Source: a virus (lineage: Duplodnaviria; Caudoviricetes). From it: a stretch of 35,735 nucleotides of DNA. Positions 16,961-27,084 of this stretch are shown here, piece by piece. The notes beneath the pieces were generated by a model, which did not search any database, had not been told where the DNA came from, and saw nothing but the letters and a program-made list of their open reading frames with translations. The DNA is taken from IMG/VR virus record IMGVR_UViG_3300033067_001077, positions 1 to 35,735 of that record. The stretch is one strand, 5' to 3'. A program made the position numbers and the translations under genes. The stretch's first letter is position 1. Every line of letters starts with the position of its first letter.

Positions 16961-17863
16961 ATGCCAGAACTGGATTATCCTCTCTCAGAGGAATATGAAG
17001 AAGTCAATTATTCCAGAGAACCTTTAGGCCCTAGTTCACGATCATGTTGTCGAGTATTAAATAGCGGCTCTTGTGGCTCTGGTTCAATTGTTGGTTTTCG
17101 AGACTACAAAACAATCGTACTAACAAATGCTCACGTAGCAGGTACCAAGATTGGGCATGTAGTTCAATGCCAATTCCCTTACGCCAACAATAATAAAGTA
17201 CCTGCTAAAGTAATTATGGCAGGGTACTCTGACCGAGTGATGATGGATTGGGCTGTATTGGAAATTGATCAGAAGATTGAACTCCCAGCAGTCAAATTAT
17301 CTATCACTGCTCCAGAAGGAGACCACTATACCGGTGGTTATCCTCGATGTGAAGGCCCTTTGTTTCAGAAGTTAGTCACTAGACAGATTACGCACAACGG
17401 TGTAGTTTGGCGGTGGCAACCAAACAGTATCGGTGGTCAATCGGGTTCAGCTGTTCACTCTTTCAAAGATCATACTCAACGAGGATTGTTGACTTGGAGT
17501 TGGGGCGGTGATGGGGCGGGACAAACTACCCGTTCAATCTGGTTCCAATATCTAAACCGAGCAGTAGTTGGTATAGTCAAACCAGAGGGTCTTATCGAGT
17601 TAGCCGACAACAAAGCAGAGTTTCTTGAAGAGGGGTTCTTTGCTGAAGCCAATATCACTACATTACCGATTTGGGCACATTTAGATGATCCTATAACACC
17701 TCCTGTGGGACAAGATTGTAAAGTATTCAGAGAACAAGTTCTAAAACTAGCCGAAGCAATGCAACAACAAGTAGGCAAGCTAATAGAAGCAGCTAGAACC
17801 ACCCCAGAAAATAACCCCGAACCAGGAGTAGAACCCAATACAGGCGGAACATTTGGATTATAA
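16961..17863 (+). CDS. trypsin-like (S1/PA clan) serine protease
   Basis: CGSGSIV, LTNAHV (His), DWAVL (Asp), GGQSGSAV (Ser); C-terminal helical extension. Confidence 0.85.
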   Translation: MPELDYPLSEEYEEVNYSREPLGPSSRSCCRVLNSGSCGSGSIVGFRDYKTIVLTNAHVAGTKIGHVVQCQFPYANNNKVPAKVIMAGYSDRVMMDWAVLEIDQKIELPAVKLSITAPEGDHYTGGYPRCEGPLFQKLVTRQITHNGVVWRWQPNSIGGQSGSAVHSFKDHTQRGLLTWSWGGDGAGQTTRSIWFQYLNRAVVGIVKPEGLIELADNKAEFLEEGFFAEANITTLPIWAHLDDPITPPVGQDCKVFREQVLKLAEAMQQQVGKLIEAARTTPENNPEPGVEPNTGGTFGL

Positions 17864-17890
17864 TCAACGACTATCATCGGGATATAAACA

Positions 17891-18175
17891 ATGCACGAAG
17901 AAAATGGTTTACCCGGCATAACCGGGTGGGTATTAGCGGGCATAGCAACCATTATTGCCACCCTTTCAGGCATCGTTCAGATGTTCTATCGAACACAAAT
18001 TGCTGACTACAAAGCTAACATACTCGCACTAGAAAAGACAACGGCAGCTTTAACAGTACGAGCGGACAAATGTGAAGACGAACGTGAAGAACTACGAGTA
18101 AGATACGCAGTTCTTGAACAACGCGTAAGTGAATTAGAGTCGTATAAGAAACATTTCGAAGAGAAGAAGTTATAA
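17891..18175 (+). CDS. single-TM coiled-coil protein (holin or spanin-like candidate)
   Basis: TM segment GWVLAGIATIIATLSGIVQMFY followed by a ~55-aa heptad coiled coil. Confidence 0.6.
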   Translation: MHEENGLPGITGWVLAGIATIIATLSGIVQMFYRTQIADYKANILALEKTTAALTVRADKCEDEREELRVRYAVLEQRVSELESYKKHFEEKKL

Positions 18176-18230
18176 CTGTTCCTGTAGTGTAGGTCACTGG
18201 CAGCACATACGACAAAAGAGATAACGATAA

Positions 18231-21200
18231 ATGAGCGTATTCTTACCAACACAACCACCGACAAGTGTCCCGACTGCCGGAGACTTAGCAACACCTAGTG
18301 CTAGAACAGGCAACGGGTTCGTAGTCTCCACAACAGGTGAATCCACCCCAGGAGATAACGGAGCGGCGGCGTACATCTACCACAGGACTGGTCGGTCAGG
18401 TCAGGTAATGGACAGTGGCGCATATCGAGCTGGTCCAGGAGTTGATGACTGGTGGGAAGTAACAAAGAAAGATGTTCTCAACCTATCCATCTACCCTATC
18501 GATAACACCGGGATTGTCGATGATGGATACTTGCCACTAACGAATGATGTGCCAGGGGAAACGCTATTAGTCAACGAAGGCGTCTACTTAATAGCGTCCA
18601 ACTATACGTTGAATCGAAGAGTGCAATTCGAAAACGGGGCTAGATTTAAGATTGCAAATGGATTCAACGTGCACTTGTCGGCAGGCTATGTGGCAGAACC
18701 AACACAATGGGTATTCGACATCAGTGATGGTGGAACTGTAACAGTTGACAATATGCCAGGAGTGTCTGTAGCTCACTGGGGAGCAGTTCCAGATCACACG
18801 TACAGCCCAGATTTCGGTACTAACAATTCACCAATGATCCAAGCTGCATTTGATGCTTGCAATCAAATGGCAGGCACTTTCAGTTATGTAGAACCAAAAA
18901 GACCAGAGGTGTTTGTACCTCCAGGATCGTATCGATTACTCACTGGTGTTGTACTTAAAAACCTATGTAATCTACATGGTCCAGGAGCTACATTTTGGTA
19001 CTGGGGTTCACAAGCTAGTGATGGTGCCATCTTAACGATTGGTGCAGATACGGGTGTAGATTTCGAGGAAATTGAACTCGGCACATTTACGCTGCCATCT
19101 GTATCTGGAAATCCAAGCAGAACAGTCATCCCAGTAGCGGAAGAAGAGTTTGTCGGTATTCGGATTGATGAATGTGGCTCATCAGTGTTCTATTGTGAAC
19201 TAACTAATTATGTTGCGATTGGTTTACAACTTAGACCAAACGTCACATCAGGATTCGGCTCATACGTAGCCCACAATCACTTCTTGAATCACAAAGCTTG
19301 GAATGTTAAGTGGGCTATTGATTTCGTATGGCAATGGCATCAAACCCAAGCGGGCTATAATGGTTGGGCTAATGAAAACGTATTTACTAACTGTAATTGG
19401 ACACAAGATGGTTCAACGATATGGTACGGTACAACCGCTGGCTGCCGGATGCGATGTATAAATGCTCGTCCTGATTTACCAAAATGGGACTTTGGAGGAA
19501 ATAACAACAACAGATTTTTTGGTCAGTGCTATCAGCCAGCAGGAGAATTTGCTGGCACGCGCCTTGCTGTTGGATTAGCGGTAGTGCAAAACAGACGTTA
19601 TTTCAACCCAGATACTAGACAAGAATATATTTGCGATGTCACTGGAACGGTAGCTACAGTACCAACAAACACAGACCTAGCACAATCCCCAGCGGACGTT
19701 AATGGGATCAGGTTTACGCATCGCGGTCCTTATTTCCATGCACCTATCTATCTTGACAATAATGGTGGGTCAAACATGTGGCATGGAATTCGATGGGAAT
19801 ATGGTGATGGGGCGTGTTGCTATATAGCGAACAGTGGGCAAGACCCACCAGTTGCAAATATTTCTCGTGGCAATGAAATCGTTCTGTACGACTATTCACG
19901 ACAGAACGCAGATCGAGAAGGCAAAGTAATCATTGATGATTACACGCTAGCACGACGAAATGAACTTGCTGGCATGAGAAATACAGGCAGGATGTATGGA
20001 AACGACCTAAACGATAAGTATGTTATATCTGACATACATAAACGGTTCATTGCATCAGCACAAGCACTCACTATTCGTGGGATGCAATTTTACAACCCAC
20101 AGACAAAACGAGTTGTTGATTACGCAGACTATGGCTTAGACGATTGGATATTATTAAAAAATGCTGTTGGAGAAACCACATATCAAACTATCGGTGTAGT
20201 GGTAGATCTTGCTGAAAGCAGACGAATTCAGAGTCACTTTACAATAGCGCCAGTTAAAAATGTGTTTACCGTCGACATTGCTACGAATGAGATTATTTGC
20301 AATAACCACAATCTGCCCCCATACACGCCTATCGTATTTGAAGGCGAAGACTTACCTGGAGGCTTAAAGAAAAATGCAAAATATTTTACTGTTTACGACC
20401 CAACTCCAGATCCTGACAGATTTCAAGTATCAGCAATAAACTACGGTTCTGTGGTTGATATAACCGATATCGGTAGCGGAGAGATGACGTTTTACTCAAC
20501 TGCTGCTTCAGGTTCGAATGCTGTAGTTCCATTAGATGGTGATGGTAAGTTTGTAGATGTTACTACGGCTACCCAAAACGATTGCGTCAGCAATGGTTAC
20601 TGGAATTCAGGTATACATATATGGCAGATAGGTAGTGAGCCGTTATATTTTGGATTGGGGACTAATCAGAATATCACTAAAGCCTTTATTGGTTATTCTG
20701 GAATTCCAAGTTTAGCGACACATTTAGAGCTAAGTGCTGTCCCAGGTGGAACGGTAAACGCAGGCCTTATCAATATTGTCACACCTGACAAAGAGCGATT
20801 CAGTAAAGGTATTCCTACGGGTGGCTTCTTCTTAGAAGCTAACGAGTTTATTCGTAACTACACCCAAGAAGCATTTACGTCGTCGGGATGGAGAGTAAGG
20901 CAGACTGGCGCTCTTGCCCGTCATTGGGCAGTTGGAGAAGACGTAAGAGCCACGGAGCTACGAACGAGTGATGGCAAGATATATGCAGCCATAAACTCTG
21001 GAACAACGGGTGCTACTGCTCCAACGGGTAATACGCCTGTTACGTTTACTGCCAATGCTACGACTAACGAAATAGAAAAAACTGCCCACGGATTAACTAA
21101 CGGCAAAAAGGTCAAGTTTACCGGAGCTTATCTGCCTGGAAATATTATTCAGAACACGATTTATTTCGTTGTCGGAACAACAGCCAACACATTCCAAGTG

Positions 21201-23426
21201 TCACGGTCTTCAGGTGGAGCGGCTATTGATTTCAGCAGTGCGGGTCATAGTGCGACGTACACCGCCATCGTCAGTGACGATACTGTTGAGTGGGAATACT
21301 TCTCGCCTGTAGCTGAGCTAGAAGAAATCTATGAAGGTGAAGCACTCGCAGCGGGATTACCAGCAGTTACAGGAAATCTCACCTTAAACTCAGACGGAAG
21401 TTCTTCTAACTGGTACAAAGCCAACACGTATATTAGTCAGAAGGTATTGTCTGGAGATTTCGACATTACATTTAAGATCATGGCAGGAGATCCTCCTGAC
21501 GGCCAATCTCACATGGTTGGTGTTACGAGTCTCACCTCTGCCACGGAATTTAACAACTACCAAAACTTTGAATATGGCGTTTTGTGGTATGGGCCAACGG
21601 AAGTAGAAATATCGCGGCTAGCAGTCCAGAAAAACTACACCATTGCTGGATGGGGTAATAATTTAGTACGTCTAGTAAGAACCGGCACGACTATCGACAT
21701 GTACATCAACGATGTACTAATCGCACTCGAAACAGCGACATTTACAGCTAATGCAGGGACAGACGTAATTACCAGTGCTGCCCACGGGCTGGACGATAAC
21801 AGGCCAGTACGTTTTGAAGGAGTTGATTTACCTGCGGGCATTGTCGAAGGAACAGTTTACTACGTTATGGATAGTACAACAGATACCTTCAGGATAAAGA
21901 TGACGCCAGTAATAGCATTGTTTAGTGCAAATGACACGACAGATATAATCACCAGTACAGCCCACGGACTAACGGATGGTTGGCCAATACTCTTTTCTGG
22001 AGTAGAGCTTCCTAGCGGCATAATTGCAGGAACAACCTATTACGTCAGAGATAAAACAACAGACACGTTCAAGATAGCAGCCACAGTTGGAGGAGCAGCG
22101 ATTGATATACTTGACGTCGGTAATTACGAGATGTGGTGGGAAGGTGCAGCAGTAAACATTACTGATGTTGGTAGTGGGACAATGACATTCTTTGCCAACG
22201 CAATCGTCGATACTGATTTGCACCCAATGTACTCTGCATACGATTTAGTAAACTCTCATGCTATTCTCTACAACGATGACTACAAACCAACGCAGCAAGG
22301 GGCTGCATTGATAGATAGTTTAGAACCCATTCAAGCCAAGGATGAATTTGAAACTATCCCATCAACAGCTACTCCCACGTTCCGTTGGACCATCTTTCCC
22401 GGTCGTACCAAGATGATGGAGCTAACAGCTAATGTTACCTCCATGGCATTATTGGTCAATGAAGCAGGAGAATACCGAATTATATTCACCCAGGATGCAA
22501 CTGGCGGACGAACGGTAGTGTGGCCAGGAGGAATTAAAGGCACACAACCTACTCTGAACTTGCTCGGCGGTGAAAGCACTATCTTTAATTTGATTTACAC
22601 CGGGATTGATTGGTACTGGGGCAACGTCGTTACAGATGAAAGAGTCAACGTCACTCTCAATGGAACAGCGGCAGGAGTAGCGTGGGACATCACTAACACA
22701 TATGTTAGCAACGACACCCTGACTGGTGATTTCGATATTACATTTGACTTCATCGACCGTACCCAAAACTATATTGTTGGAGTCACAACAAACACGCTAC
22801 CAACTGCATCAGCGAATTACACTGTGCCTGATTTTGGTGCATACCATTTTACTGACGGATTTGTGCAAATTTACAAACGAGGCGCGACGACAAATTACGC
22901 TATCCCTACGTTCGGCAATGGATTAGTGAGGATGGTGCGGACTGGTTCAAATATGGATTTGTATGTCAATAACGCCTTGGTGGCGGCTGCTAACGACCCA
23001 GCATTCACAACAGACCCAGTGCGGCGAATATATACCGCAGAAGTATCGGCATCTGCCGAATGTGTTCTGTTTGGGGATTTAAGCACTCCGATTGCAATCG
23101 GTTCAAACCTAACGCAAGTTAACGACGCTATTCCAGACGAAAACGGTGTCGAAACCGTGTCATTCAGCGCAACAGCGTCATTCAACTTCGCTGTTGACCC
23201 ACGCAAAAACAAAACAATGACGCTGACTGGCAACGCCACAGGTCTGGTAGTAATTGCTCCGACCCCAGGAGTGTACTACATTTCCCTTACCCAGGATGGA
23301 ACCGGTGGTAGAACAGTAGCTTGGGCCACGACCATCAATGGTACTGCACCAACTATGTCGGCTGGAGCAGGGACCAGTACGTTGTTTCCTATTTATTCCA
23401 ACGGCACAGATTTATTTTGGATGTAA
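18231..23426 (+). CDS. 1731-aa tailspike/fibre-like protein (pectate-lyase-type beta-helix plus repeated accessory domains)
   Basis: VSVAHWGAVPD...NNSPMIQAAFD...VFVPPGSYRL (Pectate_lyase_3-type start); Asn-rich beta-helix; four ~70-aa 'AHGL' modules; two lectin-like + TQD.TGGRTV.W units. Confidence 0.8.
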   Translation: MSVFLPTQPPTSVPTAGDLATPSARTGNGFVVSTTGESTPGDNGAAAYIYHRTGRSGQVMDSGAYRAGPGVDDWWEVTKKDVLNLSIYPIDNTGIVDDGYLPLTNDVPGETLLVNEGVYLIASNYTLNRRVQFENGARFKIANGFNVHLSAGYVAEPTQWVFDISDGGTVTVDNMPGVSVAHWGAVPDHTYSPDFGTNNSPMIQAAFDACNQMAGTFSYVEPKRPEVFVPPGSYRLLTGVVLKNLCNLHGPGATFWYWGSQASDGAILTIGADTGVDFEEIELGTFTLPSVSGNPSRTVIPVAEEEFVGIRIDECGSSVFYCELTNYVAIGLQLRPNVTSGFGSYVAHNHFLNHKAWNVKWAIDFVWQWHQTQAGYNGWANENVFTNCNWTQDGSTIWYGTTAGCRMRCINARPDLPKWDFGGNNNNRFFGQCYQPAGEFAGTRLAVGLAVVQNRRYFNPDTRQEYICDVTGTVATVPTNTDLAQSPADVNGIRFTHRGPYFHAPIYLDNNGGSNMWHGIRWEYGDGACCYIANSGQDPPVANISRGNEIVLYDYSRQNADREGKVIIDDYTLARRNELAGMRNTGRMYGNDLNDKYVISDIHKRFIASAQALTIRGMQFYNPQTKRVVDYADYGLDDWILLKNAVGETTYQTIGVVVDLAESRRIQSHFTIAPVKNVFTVDIATNEIICNNHNLPPYTPIVFEGEDLPGGLKKNAKYFTVYDPTPDPDRFQVSAINYGSVVDITDIGSGEMTFYSTAASGSNAVVPLDGDGKFVDVTTATQNDCVSNGYWNSGIHIWQIGSEPLYFGLGTNQNITKAFIGYSGIPSLATHLELSAVPGGTVNAGLINIVTPDKERFSKGIPTGGFFLEANEFIRNYTQEAFTSSGWRVRQTGALARHWAVGEDVRATELRTSDGKIYAAINSGTTGATAPTGNTPVTFTANATTNEIEKTAHGLTNGKKVKFTGAYLPGNIIQNTIYFVVGTTANTFQVSRSSGGAAIDFSSAGHSATYTAIVSDDTVEWEYFSPVAELEEIYEGEALAAGLPAVTGNLTLNSDGSSSNWYKANTYISQKVLSGDFDITFKIMAGDPPDGQSHMVGVTSLTSATEFNNYQNFEYGVLWYGPTEVEISRLAVQKNYTIAGWGNNLVRLVRTGTTIDMYINDVLIALETATFTANAGTDVITSAAHGLDDNRPVRFEGVDLPAGIVEGTVYYVMDSTTDTFRIKMTPVIALFSANDTTDIITSTAHGLTDGWPILFSGVELPSGIIAGTTYYVRDKTTDTFKIAATVGGAAIDILDVGNYEMWWEGAAVNITDVGSGTMTFFANAIVDTDLHPMYSAYDLVNSHAILYNDDYKPTQQGAALIDSLEPIQAKDEFETIPSTATPTFRWTIFPGRTKMMELTANVTSMALLVNEAGEYRIIFTQDATGGRTVVWPGGIKGTQPTLNLLGGESTIFNLIYTGIDWYWGNVVTDERVNVTLNGTAAGVAWDITNTYVSNDTLTGDFDITFDFIDRTQNYIVGVTTNTLPTASANYTVPDFGAYHFTDGFVQIYKRGATTNYAIPTFGNGLVRMVRTGSNMDLYVNNALVAAANDPAFTTDPVRRIYTAEVSASAECVLFGDLSTPIAIGSNLTQVNDAIPDENGVETVSFSATASFNFAVDPRKNKTMTLTGNATGLVVIAPTPGVYYISLTQDGTGGRTVAWATTINGTAPTMSAGAGTSTLFPIYSNGTDLFWM

Positions 23427-23429
23427 CAC

Positions 23430-23744
23430 ATGTTCACACAGATTGATTTTGAAGACGCAGCAGGCAAGACGATTAAAGCAATCGTTCGTCCTTATTCTAC
23501 CCATATAGTGGTCGCGTTTACGGACATGACTTATTCCATCATCGACGCATTTCAACCAGATTATGATGAGGTGGAGTTATGTACGTTGGGGATGTTCATT
23601 GTAATAGACGATAGCTATGAGCGAGTTTTTGAACCGTTGTTCGGTGAATATGCCAAGGAAATGTACACAGAAGCCTGCTTGAAGGATGACGCTAATACAG
23701 CAGCAGTGCGGGCAAATGCAATCGCAAACGGACACAAATTCTAG
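23430..23744 (+). CDS. hypothetical protein
   Basis: Starts 3 nt after the fibre stop. Confidence 0.65.
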   Translation: MFTQIDFEDAAGKTIKAIVRPYSTHIVVAFTDMTYSIIDAFQPDYDEVELCTLGMFIVIDDSYERVFEPLFGEYAKEMYTEACLKDDANTAAVRANAIANGHKF

Positions 23745-23764
23745 TTTTATATTGGACGTAAGTT

Positions 23765-24499
23765 ATGGCAACGTATGAACTACCAATTAACTCACCGTTG
23801 ACCAGCACTGGTGATGATGTATATTGCAAGCCAACCGATAGTGATTTCGCTGGCGGTGCAACGTGGGGAACGGGTGCAGTAGCCGGCATTGAAATAGCCG
23901 ATACGAACGTGTATTTAGCAACACTCGATGAAGCTAAAGGTTATATCGTCTATCTCAATGGCACTGAGAATGCATTCACAGCCGATGCCAGTAGTAATGA
24001 GATTATTGATAATGCCCACGGATTACTAAATGGTGAAATAGTCCGATTCAAAGGACTAGACCTCCCTGGCGGACTCGTGCAATCTACACGTCACTATGTA
24101 ATTGACGTTTCCACGAACAGATTTCGAGTCTCGTTAACCGCTGGTGGATCAGCGATAAACATAACAGATGCTGGTACCGGCACAATGATTTATACTGCCA
24201 CTAGCCAACGGGGAAAGACTAACGACATAGTGCTTGGGACTATCCCTATCGTCAACACAGGCGGACTCACCCCAGAAGGAGAGGCCGCCCTGATTCAAGC
24301 TATCAAAGATGATCCTGAATTAGGTACAGATGGATTGTTGCTCGATGCTAAACGTGCTCGACAGTTTGATACTAACTTGAGAACGGTCAGTGTGATTAGT
24401 GCAACACAATGGCGATACACCGTCTACGAAGATGACGGAGTAACAATCGGTTTCCAAATGGACTTCAATCCAACCACAGGTGAAAAGGCAATAGTGTAA
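23765..24499 (+). CDS. putative virion protein carrying one 'AHGL' module
   Basis: FTADASSNEIIDNAHGLLNGEIVRF.G.DLPGGL...INITDAGTGTM is homologous to the fibre repeats. Confidence 0.7.
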   Translation: MATYELPINSPLTSTGDDVYCKPTDSDFAGGATWGTGAVAGIEIADTNVYLATLDEAKGYIVYLNGTENAFTADASSNEIIDNAHGLLNGEIVRFKGLDLPGGLVQSTRHYVIDVSTNRFRVSLTAGGSAINITDAGTGTMIYTATSQRGKTNDIVLGTIPIVNTGGLTPEGEAALIQAIKDDPELGTDGLLLDAKRARQFDTNLRTVSVISATQWRYTVYEDDGVTIGFQMDFNPTTGEKAIV

Positions 24500-24993
24500 T
24501 GTTGACACCAGCACAGCAAGCAACACTGAAGACAAACATACAAGCAGATCCAATGCTTTCGTTACTCACGCCGAGTAATTCAAGTGCGTTGCAAATCGCT
24601 AACGCCTACAATTCAGAAGCATCACCATTATTTGTAGTGTGGAGATCAGAAGTCACTAAAGATGAAATTGGCAATGCTTGGGTCGGGACGGACATTGATG
24701 GTATGTCGTCGCTAAACATGCAACGCCTGCAACTGTTGTTTGCTTCAGTTGGTGAACGTAGCACGTTTGACATGAGGCGTACAGACAGACGGGCAGGCTT
24801 TGAAAATCCATTCGGAGCCAATGTTAATAATCCTTCCAGAGTAGCAATGCGAACAGTTTGGAAGCGTAATGCAACACGACTAGAAAAGCTATTAGGTAGT
24901 GGCACTGGTTCCGATGCTAGCCCAGGTATCACTACCTTTGAAGGGTCCGTGACGTATTCGGAAATCAACCAAGTAATGGGATGGGTTGAATAA
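24499..24993 (+). CDS. hypothetical phage protein
   Basis: TAATG coupling on both sides. Confidence 0.7.
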   Translation: MLTPAQQATLKTNIQADPMLSLLTPSNSSALQIANAYNSEASPLFVVWRSEVTKDEIGNAWVGTDIDGMSSLNMQRLQLLFASVGERSTFDMRRTDRRAGFENPFGANVNNPSRVAMRTVWKRNATRLEKLLGSGTGSDASPGITTFEGSVTYSEINQVMGWVE

Positions 24994-25484
24994 TGCCAAA
25001 CAAAATCTACGGTGCTCTTGAAACCCCAATCACATTTCGTGATTCAGGTGGTGATGTTGTTATTACGCTGCTTAACTTGGCGTTTGGTGCCGGTAGAGTT
25101 TCAGCACGTTACGATAGAGGTGCTGGTAGTAAAGCAAGACTACATGAAGTTCGAGCAGTTATTCAATTTGAAACAGCACCAGCATTGGGCGAAGCAGTCG
25201 AAATCTATTTATTCCAATCGGACGGTACCTACATGGACGGTACACTTGGAACCGCTGACGCTGCAATGACGAGTGATAAGCGACGAAATGGAATGCTAAT
25301 CGGTGCTGTCATAGCAGATACAGTGTCTACAGCCACCGATATTATTGCCACATTTCAGAATGTGCCGATTTCTTCACGTTATTATTCTATTGGTGTATGG
25401 AATGCCTCAGCAGGAGATAATTTAGAAAATACAGCTAATGCTTGCCGAATCATTGTGACACCTAATCCGGATGAAATTCAATGA
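24993..25484 (+). CDS. hypothetical beta-rich virion protein
   Basis: Coupled; alternating beta-strand pattern. Confidence 0.65.
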   Translation: MPNKIYGALETPITFRDSGGDVVITLLNLAFGAGRVSARYDRGAGSKARLHEVRAVIQFETAPALGEAVEIYLFQSDGTYMDGTLGTADAAMTSDKRRNGMLIGAVIADTVSTATDIIATFQNVPISSRYYSIGVWNASAGDNLENTANACRIIVTPNPDEIQ

Positions 25485-26311
25485 GTTTTGTAGTTCACCC
25501 AACCTACCAAAGTGGCATCGCAGCGCCAAACAGAATTGGTGGTGGACTAACATTTCGTAATCCTAGTCTATGGAGAGGTTGTGTCGGAGCTTGGTGTCCA
25601 TCGTTAGGTGCAACAGGCAGCGTATTGTTTGACCATAGTGGTAATGGATTAAATGGTACGCTGACGGTTATGGATGCCGCTACAGATTGGGTAGCAAGTG
25701 ATGGGCAGTTAGCATTAGATTTCGATGGTACAAATGATTATGTATTAGCCGGTTCTAATGCCATCCATACCAATAATGTGATGTCTATTTCGCTATGGGT
25801 TAAATGCAATGCCTCTCCTAATTCCTATGACGGCATTATTGCTAAAACCAATGGAGGTTTGTGGTCGGAAGGTTGGGGAATGTATTGGTCCGGCCCAGTC
25901 ACTTTGGACTTTTGGGCAGGCAGTTACGCAACGAATTATTCACAAGCCGCATCAATTTCACCATTAGTTTGGAACCATTTCATTGGTATTGCCGATGGAG
26001 CAAATGTAACACTATGGTGGAATGGCAAGCCACAAGTATCACGAGTACAAGGAGCATCTCTTCTAACAACACCAGGTAGTAAGCCTCTTGAGTTTGGGAG
26101 AGTAGGTGGGGATAGTTACAACATAAATGGTCAATTAGACGATATACGAATCTATAATCGTGCTCTAAAAGATTCAGAGATACTAGCATTACGACAACGG
26201 CGAGGGATCGCTTACGAAGGCTATCGTAGTGTGTCTGGTACATCAGCAGCATCGAAACTCCCAGTCTCAGTCATCATCAATCAAGCAGTAATGCACGCAT
26301 CTAATTTCTAA
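25481..26311 (+). CDS. LamG / concanavalin A-like lectin domain protein
   Basis: DHSGNGLNGTL, ALDFDGTNDYV, SISLWVK, WNHFIG, NGQLDDIRIYNRAL..SEI. Confidence 0.9.
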   Translation: MSFVVHPTYQSGIAAPNRIGGGLTFRNPSLWRGCVGAWCPSLGATGSVLFDHSGNGLNGTLTVMDAATDWVASDGQLALDFDGTNDYVLAGSNAIHTNNVMSISLWVKCNASPNSYDGIIAKTNGGLWSEGWGMYWSGPVTLDFWAGSYATNYSQAASISPLVWNHFIGIADGANVTLWWNGKPQVSRVQGASLLTTPGSKPLEFGRVGGDSYNINGQLDDIRIYNRALKDSEILALRQRRGIAYEGYRSVSGTSAASKLPVSVIINQAVMHASNF

Positions 26312-26320
26312 GGAACACCT

Positions 26321-26833
26321 ATGGCTGAACTATATCTAATCACAAATGGTCCAACACCAACTACGGCATCACAGGTTGCAGTTACCACGGGCACAGCCAT
26401 TAAAACAATGCTGCAAGTGAAGCTCGGCTTGACCGCAAACAGAGGCAAAGTAATTGAGTGGGGAATCTCGTTCGATGGCTCTGCTGCGGCACAACCAATC
26501 ATTTGCGAGTTACTGACAACGGGAACTGTAGCAGCCACGGTCACTGCCCACGTTGCAGCAGGTATTCAGAATCTTGACCCATTCGGAACAACGCCAACTA
26601 CCGGCAACCCGTTTACATTTACAACTACTACAACAGGTTACACCTCAAGTTCTGAAGGAACGATAACGGAGAGTCGTACTTTAGACGTGCAGCACATAGC
26701 ACCTACGAATCAGTACATCAAGCAATGGCCGCTAGGTCGTGAACCGTTCTTCAATCAAGCACACTACCTGCGCATCAGAGTCAAAGCGGCTGCTGCTGTT
26801 AATGCCATTTGTTACGTCGTCATTGAGGTATAA
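26321..26833 (+). CDS. hypothetical Thr/Ala-rich virion protein
   Basis: AAGGA SD; beta-rich. Confidence 0.7.
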   Translation: MAELYLITNGPTPTTASQVAVTTGTAIKTMLQVKLGLTANRGKVIEWGISFDGSAAAQPIICELLTTGTVAATVTAHVAAGIQNLDPFGTTPTTGNPFTFTTTTTGYTSSSEGTITESRTLDVQHIAPTNQYIKQWPLGREPFFNQAHYLRIRVKAAAAVNAICYVVIEV

Positions 26834-26835
26834 GA

Positions 26836-27072
26836 ATGGCCAGCGAATATGTATTCAGAATTGAAAAGAGAGAACCTGAACATCCATTGACACCAAAAGT
26901 GTTAGCAGAATTCGGGTGCAATAGCGACGACCCAAAAGCATTGGTTGAAGCTGTGGTAGCGTTTGGTGAACTATTAAAGATTTACAAAACACCAGAGAGT
27001 GTGTGTAGTTGGATGAAAAGCAACGCCGATTTCCAGCGTGCTAAATTGTTTGTAGAAGAGACTTTTAATTAA
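26836..27072 (+). CDS. hypothetical protein
   Basis: GAGG SD; tight packing. Confidence 0.6.
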   Translation: MASEYVFRIEKREPEHPLTPKVLAEFGCNSDDPKALVEAVVAFGELLKIYKTPESVCSWMKSNADFQRAKLFVEETFN

Positions 27073-27084
27073 AGGCAACTGAAA

